DNA from: a virus
Taxonomy: Duplodnaviria; Caudoviricetes
Strand: one strand, 5' to 3'
Virus record (IMG/VR): IMGVR_UViG_3300029817_000033
Coordinates: 1-54,638 of that record
DNA: 54,638 bases
Shown here: positions 52,515 through 54,638 of the stretch, in pieces
How the letters are laid out: each line of letters opens with the position of its first letter
How positions within the stretch are numbered: position 1 is the stretch's first letter
The notes under the pieces: model-generated
Seen by the model: the letters and a program-made list of their open reading frames with translations, nothing else
Database searches by the model: none
What the model was told of the DNA's origin: nothing
Translations under genes and position numbers: made by a program

Positions 52515-52951
52515 GAGGGCACCGATCCCACAACCAGCAACGTTAGACCTACGGCGCTCAGCAGCACGGCATACGCCTTGAGGAAGCCTCGGAGCCCCCG
52601 GCGCTTCTCCCAGCCGATCCACCCGGCGACGGCCAGGCACGCCCCTCCGCTCACGAGCAGCGCCGTTGTCCGAGCGAACAGAAAGAACGGCAGCACAGGG
52701 ACGAAGCTCCCCAGGAACGTGCTCACCCCCATCGCCACAGCGTTGCGGAGCTTCTCGTGCCAGAGCCCGTCCTGCGCCTCGTAGATGCCCCAGCTCATGC
52801 TCACCGTCGCTGCGATCGCCCCGCCGAGCCCTCCCGAGGCGACCATCTGGCGCGAGGCGTGGTGGACGAGCAGGCCGAAGAGGAACCCGACGACCGAGAC
52901 GACGCCGTCGAAGGCGCCGAAGATGGCGTCCTCGCGCTCGGCGGTGTCCAC
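52511..52951 (-). CDS. Compact VIT1/CCC1-like membrane protein
   Basis: DAIFGAFDGVVS, GLGGAIAATVSMSWGIY and S.FLGSFVPVLPF motifs. Confidence 0.75.
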   Translation of the reverse strand: MDTAEREDAIFGAFDGVVSVVGFLFGLLVHHASRQMVASGGLGGAIAATVSMSWGIYEAQDGLWHEKLRNAVAMGVSTFLGSFVPVLPFFLFARTTALLVSGGACLAVAGWIGWEKRRGLRGFLKAYAVLLSAVGLTLLVVGSVPS

Positions 52952-52953
52952 GG

Positions 52954-53394
52954 CTACTCTCCGGCGAGCCGCAGTTCCAGTTGGCGCTCCCGCTCTCGAA
53001 CGAGGGCGATCTCCCGGTCCATCCGTTCCGTCGTCGCCCGGGACCACCCGAGATGTTCGGCGAAGTCCTGCTGGAGCGTCGTGACGATCCCGTTAGTGCT
53101 CTTGGCGAATTCTTCGGTGCGCTTCGCCGTGTCCCCCACGGCGTCGCTCTCCCCGCCGTTGACTCTGGTCCTCAGCATCAACAGATCGAGCTTCTGGCTG
53201 TCGGTGAGTCCCTGCTCGGCCTTCTCCTCTTCGACCCGAGTGACGGCCTTGTCGATCCTGTAGGACTTGACGGCTCGGCGAGCGCGCCAGCGGTCAGCGG
53301 CGACGGCGATGCTCCCGATACCGAGAGTCGCCGAGACGGTCCAGATGACGGTGGCGATGTCGACGCCGGGCGCAGGGGTGACCGCGGCGAGCAC
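52954..53394 (-). CDS. Membrane-anchored coiled-coil protein of the lysis cassette
   Basis: N-terminal hydrophobic helix; NGGES motif; follows endolysin. Confidence 0.6.
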   Translation of the reverse strand: MLAAVTPAPGVDIATVIWTVSATLGIGSIAVAADRWRARRAVKSYRIDKAVTRVEEEKAEQGLTDSQKLDLLMLRTRVNGGESDAVGDTAKRTEEFAKSTNGIVTTLQQDFAEHLGWSRATTERMDREIALVRERERQLELRLAGE

Positions 53395-53397
53395 GGC

Positions 53398-54638
53398 TCA
53401 CGCTTCCAAAGCGGCCCAGGTGAGGGGACCAACGATCCCGTCGACCTCCAGGCCCTTCGAGTGCTGGAAGTCGACGACGGCCGACTCGGTGTCCTCCCCG
53501 TAGATGCCGTCGACGCCATCGGGGCCGAGCTGCTCGCCGAAGCCGTGCTTGACGAGATCCTCCTGGCAGAGCTTCACGGCCGGGCCTGTCAGGTTCGGCT
53601 CCGTGAGGAACAGCTCCGGCCTGGCTGGAGCTGGCTTGCCGGGAGTCGGCACTCTCGTCGCCTTGAGAGCGATGTCGATGGCTCCCCAGTAGGCGAGCCC
53701 GTTCGTGCTCTCGCGGTCGATGACCGACGAGAACTCCGAGTAGCAGACGCCGGACGCCTCGTCGAAGGCGCTGATCATCATGAGGGCGCCGCCCGGGACG
53801 ACAGGGCCGACACAGACGCCGACGTGGCCGGGTCGCTTCGTGCCGGGGCCGGGAGGCTCGCCCCCGTAGGTGAAGACGAGCATGCCAGCGAGCGGCTCGC
53901 CCTCGTAGATGGTGAACTCGGGGTCGAAGAACTGGTCATGCGAGCCGTGCGCCAGCGGGACGCCGCAGTCCTCGCCGATGTTCTCCGTCAGCCCAGAGCA
54001 GTCGACGCCCTCTCGGGTCGTGCCTCCCCAGACATAGGGGACGCCGAGCCACGAGCGCGCGTCGGCAACGATGCCCTCGCGGACCGCCTTGACGGTGAAC
54101 TTCGCCTCGTCAGGGCTAGCGACGCCCAGCAGCGTCTCGATCTCCTCTTCGACCTTCTCGGCCGCCTCCTCGACGAAGTGCTCGATCTCTTGGACGAGGC
54201 TCGGATCGGGGGTCGGCGCCGGAGGGGCGGGAGAGGGCGTCGGAGCTGGTGCTGGCGGCGTTGGAGCCGGAGGGGTCGGAGCTGGCGCTGGCGGGTTCTC
54301 GGCGACGCCACCGAGGGCCCTGCAGGCCGCCAGCATGGCGTCGAAGTCAGCTCCCGAGCGCTCGGCGTCCTCGCGGGTGGCGATGACCCACGCCTCTTGG
54401 ATCGCATCGCTGTCGAACTCGATGTCGGCCCACTGGAGTCCTCCCCAGGTCACCCCCAGGTCACCCACAGGGTAGCCGTCGATCTCCTTCGTACCGGTGG
54501 CGTCATAGGCGACGATGAGCCAGTCGTGGCCGTCGTTCGGGTCTGGCTGGTCGTCGGCCGTGACGTGCCAGGGGATGCCCTCCTCGAAGTCGTCCTCGGC
54601 GTCGTCGGTGAGCAGCCCGCCCACGAGGATGCCGTGGG
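53398..54638 (-). CDS. Endolysin 3' part: end of papain-like domain, Pro/Ala linker, NlpC/P60, peptidoglycan-binding domain
   Basis: GHDWLIVAYD, PYVWGG....VDCSGL, GHVG and DGIYGEDT..AV..FQ...GL.VDGIVGP.TW motifs. Confidence 0.9.
   Translation of the reverse strand, partial: HGILVGGLLTDDAEDDFEEGIPWHVTADDQPDPNDGHDWLIVAYDATGTKEIDGYPVGDLGVTWGGLQWADIEFDSDAIQEAWVIATREDAERSGADFDAMLAACRALGGVAENPPAPAPTPPAPTPPAPAPTPSPAPPAPTPDPSLVQEIEHFVEEAAEKVEEEIETLLGVASPDEAKFTVKAVREGIVADARSWLGVPYVWGGTTREGVDCSGLTENIGEDCGVPLAHGSHDQFFDPEFTIYEGEPLAGMLVFTYGGEPPGPGTKRPGHVGVCVGPVVPGGALMMISAFDEASGVCYSEFSSVIDRESTNGLAYWGAIDIALKATRVPTPGKPAPARPELFLTEPNLTGPAVKLCQEDLVKHGFGEQLGPDGVDGIYGEDTESAVVDFQHSKGLEVDGIVGPLTWAALEA
54540..54637. 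repeat. Terminal overlap, copy 2
   Basis: Identical to 1-98; joining the ends restores one continuous ORF. Confidence 0.97.

Noticed and set aside
26-54475. Long plus-strand ORFs (e.g. 5246-7327, 15635-17149, 17173-18732)
   Set aside because: They are antisense shadows of well-supported minus-strand genes in high-GC DNA and carry no recognisable motifs.

Overview
The window looks like a complete, circular ~54.5 kb high-GC siphovirus genome. Bases 1-98 repeat at 54540-54637, an assembly-type overlap that cuts the endolysin gene. Essentially all credible genes are on the minus strand. Transcription order is: recombination/replication (Gam-like, Rad52-like annealing protein, SSB, initiator with iterons); a DNA-modification region (ASCH, MTase-MazG fusion, DUF5131, VRR-NUC, ParB-like + atypical MTase + SAM decarboxylase); Toprim protein; intein-containing UvrD-like helicase; DUF932; MerR; small ORFs; terminase; portal; MuF; protease; two capsid proteins; major tail; LamG fibre; neck; chaperones; tape measure; minor tail; and a lysis cassette (two-peptidase endolysin, membrane proteins, VIT1/CCC1-like protein, holin). 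I found no integrase, DNA polymerase, tRNA or CRISPR array. The host is probably an actinobacterium (inferred from GC, SSB, MerR and capsid features). Top leads: (1) a coupled ParB-like/atypical MTase/SpeD operon with no spermidine synthase, a candidate DNA aminopropylation system; (2) a candidate ~105-nt small RNA antisense to a 12-nt extended ribosome-binding motif found at five genes; (3) repeated promoter/operator motifs, leaderless genes and coupled mini-ORFs; (4) a VIT1/CCC1-like gene in the lysis cassette; (5) an intein with a GIY-YIG-like insert. All family assignments come from motif recognition by eye, not from database searches.
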